Under the pieces are notes generated by a model. That model did not search any database. It saw only the letters and a program-made list of their open reading frames with translations, and was not told where the DNA came from. This document shows positions 51,337 to 64,000 of a DNA stretch of 64,000 nt, piece by piece (position 1 is the first letter of the stretch; the number at the start of each line of letters is the position of its first letter). The stretch spans positions 41,542,001 to 41,606,000 of the forward strand of contig NC_087436.1 of assembly GCF_036321535.1 (NCBI RefSeq), given 5' to 3'. The position numbers and the translations under genes are program-made. This stretch comes from Camelus dromedarius (taxonomy: Eukaryota).

Positions 51337-51905
51337 TGCTATTCAGAGTGCCAACCAACCAGGTGTCAAGTTGGTCAATTGGAGCAATAAGCCAATGTGA
51401 AAGTAACAATGAAGACTTTATTCACTTAGCACAACAGTGTAAGCAAGGAACAAAAAAAGTAAGGGGCCAGCTGCCCGCTATCCATTTCTCCCCATAGAAT
51501 GGCACTAGGTAGGGGTCAGATAGATGCAGTACAGATGTGGCATGTCTTCTCCTGGTCAAGGAGTCCCTACAAAAGGGCATTGTCTCTTTATGGACTTGTG
51601 GGCAGGGAAGGACTAGGAATAGAAAGCAAATGAAAGGACGGAATAGTTCCTTGGTGAATATCCCTCATAGCGCCTGTGAATAGAGACACCAGGACCAGGT
51701 GCTTGAGCATGGCTGGTGTCGAGATGGAGGAGGGTACTGAGTCCTGACTCTCATGCCCTGCATAAAACTAGAAAGCATTGTTGTGCACCAAATTCCGAGC
51801 GAGGAGGGCAGCTTCCTGACATAGGGTTGTCAGTTAAACTGTGATGGCTAAAAGTCCAGCTGAAATATCACACACAGGATTTTGTCATGGAACAGACTCC
51901 TCACA
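51337..51905 (-). mobile_element. ERVL-class LTR (MER54/MER74-like)
   Basis: GC-richer block with TG...CA ends and AATAAA on the minus strand at 51417-51422; no clear TSD. Confidence 0.6.
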
Positions 51906-54704
51906 CAGCAACTAAGATTGTCTTAAATGTATAGATGTGATTAATCATAATTTATTCTATGATTCATGCATTCATGTTTCTTGGTCTTTCTGTTAGAAAC
52001 TTTTATTGGTAGAAATTTTTATTGTTTATTCACATCTGGTTCTCCTCCAGGAATACTAGAGAATTATGTTTCTTTGTCCCCTGAGAGTTAGGCAGAACCA
52101 TGTTTTAGAAAAGTGATGGTTATCACTCTGGGCCAAAATGTTTGTCAGTGAAAACTATCTAATGTTTTCATCCCTTACTGAAGAGAGAAAGATTACATGT
52201 TCCATATGGTGTAGTTAGAGGCCATTAGGGCATAGTGTAAAATGTTTATACTTTGTTTACAATTGATTAAATTTTGTATTTAGCATTATATTTAAAATTA
52301 TGCATTGTTTTACATCAAAAGTAATTACTCTTTTTCACCCTATTTTAATGAGAAAAATTATAATTTCTATTTCTCTCCCTTCCACATTTCCAAGAAAACC
52401 ATTTGCTTTATTAGGGTGTGCTTTTATAATGAAATATTTCTGTTGTTATTACTGACTCCTCCAATATATTGGGAATCAGTTTTATATGTCATATGTTAAG
52501 TAGAGATAATTTGAAGTCATTGATTCAAGAATGTCTTAAAGTTGTATGCAATGTAATGATTAAGACTGACCAAATGAAGTCTTGTTGAAGTTAAGAAAAA
52601 TGACTAGTGGAAGAAATGGTTAACAAAACATATGGACATAAGAATAATTATATATGGAAGTGGTAGAATTGAAATGGAGCCAACTAGACAACTAGATTTG
52701 ATCTAGTAGAAAAGAAAATTAAAGTGAGAAGTAGTTATTATGGTTTCAGATACCCACAATAAATTCATTAAAAAGCATATGAATAACTGTATGGAATGTT
52801 TAACTTATAAACAATCATGGAATAATTTCACTTTGAAAATAAGTATAATTGATGTGCCCTACATTAGTATATAAAGTACAAAATTTTGAATTAATAAAAC
52901 ATAAAATAGATGATAATACTTTATCTAATAACATGATATTAAGTTTGAAACATTTCCTTTGAAAAAGAGATGTCATAGGATTTATCAAAACAATATAAAA
53001 ATAATAGTAATAATGATGAAGAAAGTATTTTTAAATCCATAATACATTTTTAATGCAAAATTATCAGAATGGTTGATAAATAGGAGAAATGTCAGTGATG
53101 AACCCAACTTTATATTCATCAGCAGCATAATTAATATTGAACAGATAATTTTAAAACAATTTAATTCAGCTTATTTGACTAAAGATCTTTAACTGAAATA
53201 GCTCTATTCATAGTCATTAATATCTTCTAGTTACTGGAATAAATTTAGTAATAAATACAATTCTTTTATAAATTTATGTGGTATAAAAGCAATTTGCATC
53301 AAAATATATTTTGACATTAGAGAAAATGATATCAAAATTAAGTCCAATAATGAAACATTGACTTGTTCTTTATTTTGTTTATTACAAAATCTGCATTAAG
53401 TATAATGAAACTAGAAGAGTTTTGTAATCTCATGATCTGAAAACATAGATGTTTTTGTATGCATGTTTTGTAAATTGTTGCTAAAGAAAATTATTTCAAG
53501 ATGTTTGTTATCAAAGTGTTTTAACGAATATATTAGAGGAATTAAGAAAGGAAGTGTTTTTTATTAAAAAGATGTTTTTCCAACATCTAAAGATAAAATG
53601 AATGTTTAAATTACAATTAATGAAGCAAAAAGGAAGTTATAACTTTCTTTTCATAATCATTACCTCTCAGAAATACATAATAATGCTATTCATACATTTT
53701 ATAACATCTTCAAATAAAAGAGGGTACTTTTTTTTAAATCCAACAATATTATAAATATAAAAACAGGCCTACTAACAAGAATTCTTTCTCATTGAGTATT
53801 CATTATTTACAAGGGCTAAACAAACAAACAAACAAATGAAAATCTGAAGCAAGAGCCAGAAAAGACATGAGAATATGTATTTGCCCCAGGGCATCATTAT
53901 AATAACAACTCAGTAATACAAATGTTCCAAGCAACAGAAGCTTAGGTAATTTTTTTAATCCCCATGAGTGACAAATTCAAAGATTTCAATAGTGGGATGT
54001 GTACTGTAGAGAAATATTGGAGGGAAAAGTGAAAACAAAAGTATCACTGAATTTTATTAACTTTTTTCATATAATTTCAATGAAAGCTAACTAGGAATTT
54101 TTCAATATATTATTTGTGCCAGAGGTATTTTTTTGGTTACCTTAATTCTATCTTTATTCTCTTTTTCATATATGAAAGAATGGGAAAAGCATGCCAGCAG
54201 GGAGATAAAGATATCCATTTCCACAAGAACAACATTAGTATTGACTGTGGAAGCCGTAAGGAGGAGTATCAACAACAGATGCTCTTGAAATGTCTAAGGC
54301 ACATGGTCATCACTAATGACAAAATAAGCTCTACAATAATAAGGCAGTTCTATATGCCCAACATATCAAGAAGTCTCCTGTAAAATGTTTATCATGAAAA
54401 AAATGTCCTGCAATGTTGTTGAAAAAAACTCCAACAACCTTGAATGTTCTTGAATGTTCTTGAACATTTCCTAGGCAGAGTGTGATCTTTTATAAATGAA
54501 TTAAGTATTTTACAAGGAAAATACTATGACCCTTTCCAAGTATATCATTATTTTAAGCACTTATTTCAAAAAATCATTTTTTTAAATTATAAAATTTGAA
54601 GATACACCTTTCCCTCTCCTAACTGAGTGTCCTCAAGTCTCTTACCCCACAGTAGTGTCACAGACCCTATACCTCTGTTGATTTCAAGGCCATTTTCAGA
54701 CAGT

Positions 54705-56135
54705 ATTACACTTAGGTGTTCAATCCATTTTGAGTTTATTTTTGTATATGTTGTTAGAGAATGTTCTAATTTCATTATTTTACATGTAGCTGTCCAGTTT
54801 TCTCAGCACCACTTATTACAGAGATTGTCTTTTCTCTGTTTTATATCATTGCCTCTTTTGTCATATATTAATTGACCATGAGTGTGCAGATTTATTTCTG
54901 GTCACTCTATTCTGTTCCATTGACTCGTGTGTTTGTTTTTGTGTCACTATCATATTTTTTGATTACTGTAGCTTTGTTGTATAGTCTGAAGCCAGGAAGT
55001 GAAATTGCTCTAGATCTGTTCTTCTTTCTTAAGTTTGTTTTGGCTATTCAGGGTCTTTAGTATTTCCATACAAATTTTAAACTTGTTTTAGTTCTGTGAA
55101 AAAAATGTCGTTGGTATTTTGAAAGGGATTGTATTGAATCTGTAGATTGCCTTGGGTAGTGCCATTACAATGGTATTAATTCTTCCAATCCATGAATATG
55201 GTATATCTTTCCATCTGTCATCTTCAGTTTCTTTCATCAGTGTCTTAGATTATCCCAAGCATAGGTCTTTACCTCCTTAGGTGGGTTTATTCCTAAGGAT
55301 TTTATTCTTCTTGATGCAATGATAAATGTGATTGTTTCCTTATTCTCTTTCTGATAGTTTTCTGTTAGTGTATGGAAATGCAACAGATTTCTGTACATTA
55401 ATTTTGTAGCCTGCAGTTTTACCAAATTCATTGATGAGCCCAAGTAGTTTTCTGGTGGTGTCTTTAGGATTATCTATGTATACTATCATGTCATCTGCAG
55501 TGACAGATATCTACAATCTGCCAAGACTAAATAACTCTTGCCACCTTGTCCATGTGGTAGAAGTTGCTGCCAAGAATGGCTGCTGCCAGTGTCTATGTCC
55601 CCAGGGTGAGCTGCAATTGCCTCCTGTCTCTTCTGGGAGACTCCATGATCAGCAGGTAGATCTGACACAGGCTGCTATCAAATTACTGTTCCTGCTCTGG
55701 GTTCCAGAGGGTGTGAGATTTTGTGTGTGCCCTTCAAGATGAAGTCTTTATTTCCCCCAGCCTCCTTGGACTACCAAAATTAAGTCTTGCTGGTTTTCAT
55801 AGCCAAATGCTCTGGGGGCTCATCTTCCTAGTACAGGAACCCCAGGTTGGGAAGCCTGGCATGTGTTTCACAACTCTCACTCTTTTGGAAGAACCTCTGC
55901 AATGTAACTATTTTCCATTCTGTGGGTTGCCTACTTTGGTGTATGGGACTTAACTACATCGTTAAGTCCACCCCCTCATACCCATCTTGTTGTAGGTCTT
56001 TCTTTATGTCTTTATTGTAGTAGATAATTTCTGGTATGTTCTAGTCTTTTTCATTGGTGGTGGTTCTGCTGATTGTGATTTTGGTATGCCTGTGAGAGGA
56101 GGTGAGCTAACGGTCTTTCTAATTCACCATCTTGC
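54705..56135 (-). mobile_element. Rearranged L1: ORF2 RT-region fragment plus 5' UTR
   Basis: Antisense ORF2 at 54705-55505 ([13 protein letters not shown] motif near 55490); L1 5' UTR at about 55535-56135 ending ggtctttctaattcaccatcttg. Confidence 0.85.
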
Positions 56136-56574
56136 TAAATGGCAATATTTTTGACATAAAGATTTCCCTAACAGCTGAAGACATAGAATTTGAGTACATC
56201 TCAGGAAATGGACTAGGCTCCATTCACTGAGACAGTAAGGTGCCATGATAAAAAATAGTTTTAAATAATGAATATAAGGAAACACCTCCCATTTAAAACA
56301 TGCATCAAAGATATTTGCCCTTTATAATATAACTAAGAGTGAATAAGGTAAGGTTATAGAAAGGCTTGGATTTTTAAATAATATCAAACTCTTCCCAATT
56401 CCTTTAAAATGAAAATATCTCATAAAACTCAGCTATAAACATCATCCTCCACTCTGACAGTCCTATCTAGTGGTTAAGATACTACTTCCTTCTAATTTTT
56501 CATTTTTTGTGTTTCTACAATTCCTATGTGGCTCTACTTTCCTATTCCTGAAATTTCCTCAGGTTGACTTATTT

Positions 56575-57195
56575 GGGATTATATGGAGTTAAGCCTAACT
56601 AGAAGTTAGAAGGCACCATCTTCCAGACTGCCAAGTCTGTACAAGACTTCTGATACCTGTCACAAGTTCAAGGGTTCCCAAGGCTACCCCTACTTCAGAC
56701 AAGTTGACTGCAAATTTATGACTCTCCACAGAGTCCATCAGATATGATAGTCCCTAGAATGACTCAAAGTTCTCAGAAAAAACACTATACATGTACTTAC
56801 AATTACAGTTTTATTATAGCAAATGGTACAAATTACTCTTAGCCAAAGACAGAGAAACATAGGGTAAAGACTGGAGCGCTCCAAATATGAAACCTCCATC
56901 ATCTTTATGAATATGATATCTTTCCAATATCCAAATGTAATGATTCTCAAAGAGCACCACCGACTAGGAAAGCTCACCTTTTATCTAGATGTGATTGACT
57001 AAATTTTTGCCATCTGGTTGAATTCAATCTTCAGCCCTCTCCCCACAGAAGAAATTGAACAAATATCACATGGCTCAAAACCCCAACCTTCTAACATGGT
57101 AAATCTTTCTGACCTGGCCAGCCTCCACCTTTAGTCATTGTGTTAGAATAAATTATCTAGGGGCCCACCAAATTTACCTCATTAGCATAAGCTAA
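56575..57195 (-). mobile_element. MER21-like LTR
   Basis: acttctgatacc..cacaagttcaagggttcccaagg, tagaatgactca, cacttacaattacagttttattatagcaa-like segment, ctcattagcataa. Confidence 0.75.
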
Positions 57196-57214
57196 CTTCT
57201 CTGTTTTCCATCCA

Positions 57215-57295
57215 TACCAGATTAAGTCATATGAAATTGCTATTTATAAGTCAAAAAATGTCAAATATTGTCAATTCCCTGTAGTTCAAACTATC
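57215..57295. mobile_element. MADE2-like mariner MITE (about 80 bp)
   Basis: catatgaaattgc...gtcaaaaaatgtcaaatattgtcaattccctgtagttcaaacta forms a decayed palindrome. Confidence 0.75.
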
Positions 57296-57944
57296 TGTTG
57301 CCTAGATTAAAGATGTAATACTTCTAACGATGACATGTTTCATGGTCAAAGTAGTTTGGAAATGTATGCTTAGAAAAGCTTACATTCTACCCCTTCCTTA
57401 CATCAGGATTCAGCTTTTACCAAAAGTGTCATTTTCTTCAAAATATGAAAGAACTCTTGTTTGGTCCTGCTGGGATAAATTAATTAAAACTACCATCCTT
57501 CATATATTTAGCTAAACATTCTCACAACTCAGTTTTAAAAGGAAAGTAGAGAACTGAATGATCAGAAAGTCGCCCATTTTCAGAGATTTTTTTTTTGAAC
57601 TATACTATTTTTTCAAAGTGTTGTAAGAATTTTCTATACATCTTGTAAGCAGTGAAAATTATTTAGAACTTACTTCAAGTATAAATGTTGGAGAAAGCCT
57701 AAGGCGCATGTTTTCTTCTTAAACTTCAGTAGCAGTGGTGTTCAACTTCAGTTAGTCAGCAAGATACAGAAAATTGAAAAGTGCTCTCCTTTCATTACCA
57801 TTTTATATCTTATTATTTTAAAATATTTTTTGAGTTTTTAATGGAAACGTTTTTATTTTAAAAGTTGAGTGCTTGAGAATATTTTTTAAAAAGTAGTCCT
57901 ATAAAAATAATGTTACTCTTGTTATTTTTTTAAAAATATCCCTA

Positions 57945-58377
57945 TGTTACTGACTGAATCGTTTCCCCAAAATAAGATAGTTGGAATACTAATCCTCAGG
58001 ACCTCCAAAGTGACTCTTTTTAGAGGTAATTTAGTTAAAGTGAAGTTATTTTAGAGGTAATAGGATACATAATTAAGTTAAAGTGGGGTTACTAGGGTAG
58101 GCTCTAATACAATATGCCTGATGTCCTAATAAAAAAGGAAACTTTGTACATAGAGACAGGGACGCTTAGACAAATGCAGTGTGAGGAGACATAAAGAGAA
58201 GTCATCTACAGACCAACGAGAGAGACCTGAGCAGATCCTTCCCTCAGCCCTTGGGAGGAACCAGTCCTGCTGACACTGATTTTTCACTTCTAACCTCCCG
58301 AAATGTGAGACCATGAATTTCTGTTGCTTAAGCCACCAATTGTGCTTCTGTTCCAGCAGCCCAGGCAAACTAATGTA
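57945..58377 (+). mobile_element. MaLR solo LTR (MLT1B-like)
   Basis: tgttactgactgaat start, cagatccttccctcagccct, aatttctgttgcttaagccacc, gcagcccaggcaaactaat end. Confidence 0.88.
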
Positions 58378-59399
58378 CTTTACTAATATATACTATTACT
58401 ATATTCCTAACCTTGTAATTACAGAGGTAGTATTATTTTGTAGTAATATTTTCACTGCAGTTTTTCTCTATAAAATTTATGCTGCTGAAGAACTTAATAA
58501 TCTATTATATGATGTTTTACATGAACAAAGCTATAATTCTATGTACATCTAGCAATTGAAAGTTGACTAGTACAATGTTAAATTCAGTGCATTTTGCTCG
58601 ATCCTGTTTGATATTACTATGTTTTCAACTTCTTATGTAGTTCGTTTTTTAACACAAAATCCGTGCTCTGAGACACTTCTTTGATAAGATGTCAAATTTG
58701 CCTTTACATTAATTACACTGATAATGTCACAGCTCATGGAACCTAAATGCATTGTTAATAGTTGTACTTCACACTAAGCATTGCCATTAAAACTGCAAAC
58801 TCTTTGGAGTCATACAAGACATAAATCTATAAAAAGCAAATTTGATATTCAAAAGAGCCAGGTAATAGGCTTAGTAGGTATAAAGATTTTAAATGACACT
58901 CTTAAGACAAAATACTGTGTATTTTATCAAACCCTTAATACTACTGCTTAATTGTTTAAAATGTATGTTTTTGTTGTCTTTTTAAAAAATTAAAATTGTC
59001 TTAATTATGAAATCTAAGAATATTAAGTTGGAAATAAAAGCAGAAAGAGATTTTAGAATGCCAAACAAAGAATTATGGATTCTTAATTTTGCTGCAGTGA
59101 GAATATTTTAAGGATTTGAGGGCAAAGGCATGGAAAGGTAGGAAATAGAATTAGAAAATTTGAACTGGTTGTAGTATCTAAAAGAATGGAATGGGGAAAC
59201 ATCAAAAGCAGGACCAATTTTATGATTATATTATGTTTAAGCATTTGATAAAGTAATCACTTATATTGTCCTTGAATTGTTTCAAGGTTTTTCTTCTTAA
59301 TAACTTTTGTTCATGATCTCAACCAAACATAAAAGCGCCAATATTTAAATTGCATCTTACTATTTTCACTTTAGGGTTTTTGATTCTATTTAAATCATA

Positions 59400-59535
59400 T
59401 CTGGCATGATTTTTGACTGAAAAGTTCCTCGAGGGCAAGAGCCTGTCTTTGCCTGTTTACGTATCTCAGAGCATGTTACATCACACAGTACATGTAGTAA
59501 AGCACTCAGGAAGTGATTCGCAAGTGAATAAAAGA
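59400..59535 (+). mobile_element. L2 3' tail
   Basis: aagttcctcgagggcaagagcctgtcttt ... gcactcagg ... gtgaataaa. Confidence 0.6.
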
Positions 59536-60310
59536 GAGTTTCAAATACCAGAATAATTAGTTGGAACTGCTCAAAAGCAAGTCTAAATTTTACTTTTATA
59601 TTCCTTTAAAATTTGTAGAATTTGTACATTGTGAATCTGAAGATTAAAAATACTAAAATTAAAATATAGTAAGTATTGTTTTTATAGGTTTTGTCTTAGC
59701 AGAACAGTTGATTTCTCAGGACCACTGTCATTCTTGAAATTGTCATCCATTTGGAAACTACAAACACTAGCAAAAAAGACCAGATACTGAGGGGGAAATA
59801 GCAACAAGAAAAACAATAAGCTGATCTAAAGACAAGGTAAGGTTAAAAATGACAGGTTTCAGATTAGGATTTGGCCTTGTGGAGAGGAGGATCTTAGGCA
59901 ATAGGTATAGAGAGTGACCAAGGAAAGATATTTTAAATGTACTGAGTTTACCCTTTGATAATCAATCAGTCATCACCAATTTAAATTAAGTGGTTTACCA
60001 TAACCCATACGTTTTAATGAACAAAACAGGAAGAATAAAGACATTAAAAGTAATCATAATTTGATGCACTTTTAGGCTTATTGGTAGAATTTGGGATGCA
60101 TTTGTGTACAGGTGTATGTTTGTGCCTCCATGCAAAAGCAAGGAAGATGTAAGTGTAAATATTTTTCTATCATTTCTCCTTTAGTTAACAGTCTCCTAGA
60201 GAAAGAAAAAAATAATTTTTGAATATTGTTGGTCAGCTCCCTCTTGTTAATACACAATTTCCAGGAAACACCAGGGCGGTTATCAGCCTTTAAGATTAGC
60301 ATTTCATTAA

Positions 60311-60538
60311 TAGCTCTGATTGTCAACTGGGGATGAGATGGGCACCACAGGACATTTGGCAATGCCTGGAGATATATTTGGTTGTCATAACTAAAGTAGA
60401 GAATTGTTAATCACATGTAGTGACCTAGTGGGTAGCGAGAGGCATGCTGTTGAACATCCTACAATGTCCAGAGCAGATTCCATAACAAGGAATTATCCCA
60501 CTTAAAAGAGCAATAGTTCCAAAATGGACAAACTCTAA
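60311..60538 (+). mobile_element. MER20-like hAT-Charlie element
   Basis: ggacatttggcaatgcctggagatatatttggttgtcataact and aacatcctacaatg...caaggaattatcc. Confidence 0.88.
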
Positions 60539-61255
60539 CTCAGAGCCTTATTAACTTTGAATTGACATTTCAGCTTTCACATGCCTGTGTTCTATCATTA
60601 ATAAATACTATAAAAACTTTTAGATATCTATTTATATATTCAATCTAATGAGATGTGATAATGTATCCCATAAAATAATTACACACTATATAAAGCAGTT
60701 CTCATTTGTATATGATTTAGCAGTCCCTTTTGCAAGCATGTTATGAATAAGAATTATATTTGCAATCTGCTTATCACCTGTCATACTAAGACTAATGCTC
60801 AGTTATGTTTGGTTTTTTCTTTTGCTAAGAAAGAACTCATTTTTATCCTCAAGCTTATGAACACCAAAGATTTTTGTGACATTAAATACTCTAACATCCT
60901 AGGAAGATATATTTGTGTTGTGACAGAAATAGTCACTCTGTAAGTGTTTAGCTCACAGATGGTGTTGTCTCAGCCTCTCCCCTGCCAACATCTTAGTCTC
61001 CCTCACCAGCAAGGGAGAAGCACATCTAACCTCACTCTGAATCATGAAAAGCAGGCATCCGTTTGTAGCAGTGGAGGAAATTAAGAAAACAAAATAAGGA
61101 AATTTTGATAATGGGCCATGATATCTTGTTTTGAGTTAAGACAAGCTCTGTAGACTTACATGTTTGTGGACATGCCCAGATTAAGCAAGCCTAGTTTTTC
61201 ATCCAAGCCACAGCCATCTTGGTTAAAAATGAAGGCCATTTTAGAGTATTCCTGT

Positions 61256-61503
61256 CAGAGAGAAAACAAACTTGTGGTTGCCAGGGAGGGGAAAGAGGGT
61301 GGGGAGGGATAAACAGAGTTCAAAATTTGCAGATACTAACTACTGTATAATAAAATAGATAAACAACAAGGTCCTACTATATACACAGGAAACTATATTC
61401 AATATCTTGTTTTTTGTATACATACATATATTATATATATGAATCACTATGCTGTACAACAGAAGTTAATGCAACAAAACCAACTATTCTTCAATTAAAA
61501 AAC
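61256..61503 (+). mobile_element. Short L1 3' UTR insertion (artiodactyl/camelid-like)
   Basis: gaaaacaaacttgtggttgccaggg, aaatagataaacaacaaggtcctact, cttcaattaaaaaa; degenerate flanking repeat agagtattcctg / aaagtcttccag. Confidence 0.85.
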
Positions 61504-63561
61504 AAAAGTCTTCCAGAGACTAAACCTGCCATACTCCCCCAATGCATTTTAGTACCCTGTCTTTAGTGTTTTCTGGATAAAGACATTAGGAATGGCAGAC
61601 TCTGAAGGACCAAAGACTATCTGAGTTTCATAGATTTAAGGTCTGTAAAAACTCAGGTTTGCTAAAGGTGTGTGCTCCCACCTGTTTCCCACATAAATGA
61701 GCATTACTGGACTAAGAATTATGTTGTGAAGCTTAAGACAAGGAGGCTAGTATTTTGAGATTCTAACAAGACCAAGGGCACGTTTGCTTTTTAGGGTTCC
61801 TTGGAAATGTATCTAGACAGAGGTGACAGTACCAGGAGAAAGAGGAAATGGATATGAGAGGAGAAATGAGAGATAAAGCCCCTAAAAGATGTTGAAGAAG
61901 ATAGAAGCAGGATGGCAGGATGGCAGGGTGAGATGCTACTCCTGGTGAGAATACACTGTTTTCCTCAGTGATTACTTGAAAAAGGAAATTGATACTTTTC
62001 AGAGAAAGAGAAAGAAAATTATACTTCATGGTCTTTATCATGTCATGTATAATGCAAGATAGTCTGCTGACCAGTAGTGATGGACATGAGGTTGGAAACT
62101 TTAGTAGCATGGAAATATCTAGAAAAACAGCTGTGGGAAATGTGACAGAGTTTAAAATGAATCAGTGGCTTAGTAAAGAGCAATGAGAAGTCAGTAGATA
62201 GTAATTATTTTCTAATGGAAATAGAAAAAGAGAAAGCTGATTCTGATCTCCACACTCAAGTAAGGAACCAAGGGTATAAGTACAGAGTAGGTTTAAAGAG
62301 AGTATATCCAGCTACAAAAGAAAAAAAGGGAATTCTCTTAAAGATAATATGAATTTACAGACTAGGGAAATTTGGGGAACTGAGGTTCGTACTGAAGACA
62401 GGAAGACTCTCAGTAGAAAAGAGAATAGGACGGTGATCAGAGTGGCTATTTAAAGTTCCAATGCTTTTATTTTCTCTTTTGCCTCTGTTAATGAATGCAT
62501 TTATTCAATAAATATATTGCAGCATCATTCTGGGTTATGTGCACTGAAAGGCAAATTTTGCAAAAAACAGTCAAATCCAGAATAAAACAAAAACCAGGGA
62601 TACTTCAGCATGGCTTGTTGCTCATTACCCACTGAATGTTAATTTATTTGTAGTATACATTCAATTATGTGTCAAAATCTTTTCTTGACAACGGATGTTA
62701 TTGTTTGAGTATAACAAATTTATATGAATTTACTGTGAATAATGTTTTATTTAATCAACATTCTATATCTTGGAAATGTTGACTCTAAAATAAAACTCAT
62801 GACTGTTTCTTCTGTATGTTATGAACACTAGGCATTTTATTTTTTGTTTCCTGAAAGACTGAATTTTTTTTCCACCTACACATCTACTTTCAACTAGTGC
62901 AGTGAAACTAAACAAGTAATCAAATTTTTAAAAATCCCTAGTATAATCCAATAAACCAAGCTTCAAAGAGTACATAAGTATATCCTCTCTTCAAGGGTAG
63001 AATATTAAAACTCATTTAATTTGAGCATTCTGCACAAACGTAATCTGCAAGACATAAGCTTATTTCCAGTGATCAACCATTTATTTTTCCTCTCATAAAT
63101 ATATTTGAAGAATCATTTAAGACTTGATTGTAAAGAAGCAAGCTTCTGAAGCACTAAAAATTTATGTCCTGAGATTTGCTTTTGTATAAAAGATGAACTC
63201 CGTACCAACATAGGAGATTAATTTAGTAGCTAGCTATCATGCTGCAGTTAATCCTGCATAACAGCCTTTATCTTATAATCAGTAGAAGGTAGCTGGTCAG
63301 CCTTCTCATTCTATTTAAAATGTCAAGCAGAGATATGAAAGATAGAAAGGGCAGGAAGAGACTTCGGTGAATGGTTTAAACCGTGGTATTTACAGTGTGC
63401 ACATGAAAGCAAAATAGATGAATAGTTAGATCCTTGGACTTCAGTGATAATATTGATCATATGAAGTTAATTGTAATTTTCTGAGAATAATGTTGAGGAT
63501 TGAATTAAATACTGAATGTTTCTCTGTAAACTCTAAGAACCTGTTAATATTTAGTCACATC

Positions 63562-64000
63562 TGTAAAATATCCCCAAATATTCCCCTCTCATTCCATTTA
63601 CTCCCTTTATGATGGACTTTGCAGGGGTTTTTTTGTTTGTTTTTGTTTTTGTTTTTTTTCTACTAGAGGGGGAATGTACTTCTTTGCCTATTGACTTTGA
63701 GCTTATCATAAGGCTTGCTTTGGCCAGTAGAATGTTACATCAGTCATAATGAAAGCAGAGGCTTGAAATATGCTTGTGTCATTGAGCTTGCTTCTTTCTC
63801 TTCTTCCATCATATAATAAGAACATACACCTGACTGAGCAATGATCAAAAAAAAAAAAAAAATACACAAAGCAGATCTGGTCCCAAGGTGGAGGTTGGAG
63901 CCAAGCCCAGCCTAGAACAGCCAACCCTCAGCAAAAATGCAGATACATGAGACTAATAATTACTGTTTTAAGCTAATTAGCTTTCAGTGGTTTGTTACAT
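63562..64000 (+). mobile_element. MaLR LTR (MLT1H-like), runs off the window end
   Basis: ttgctttggccagtagaatgtt, gcagaggcttgaaatatgcttg, gccaagcccagcctaga, tgttttaagc...gtggtttgttac. Confidence 0.85.

Noticed and set aside
1..64000. A novel multi-gene system, operon or CRISPR array
   Set aside because: The DNA is mammalian and non-coding in character: no ORF exceeds 148 aa, and direct repeats occur as two or three adjacent copies without spacers.

Overview
AT-rich, CpG-depleted mammalian genomic DNA, not prokaryotic. There are no operons, rRNA/tRNA genes or CRISPR arrays, and I see no novel multi-gene system. Much of the window is recognisable transposon debris: L1 of several ages, L2, MIR, L3/CR1, MaLR/ERVL/ERV1/ERV2-type LTRs, and Tigger, hAT and mariner DNA elements. 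The youngest L1 copies resemble camelid (alpaca/camel) L1 as I recall it, and I saw no Alu, B1/B2, BovB/Bov-tA, PRE-1 or Can-SINE, so a camelid origin is likely (inference). Most L1s and LTRs lie on the minus strand, which suggests the window is intronic within a large plus-strand gene. One fair plus-strand exon candidate (21078-21106, 29 nt, NDIIAIVIN) and several weaker exon or micro-exon candidates were found, but I could not name the gene. The only ORF-track entries with recognisable protein similarity are L1 ORF2 and L2 endonuclease remnants. The most interesting items are rearranged L1 insertions with target-site duplications (TSDs), two solo LTRs with visible TSDs, a perfect 15-bp hairpin, and two repeat-free candidate regulatory blocks. 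All repeat subfamily names come from remembered consensus sequences, not from a database search. Boundaries without a TSD are approximate.
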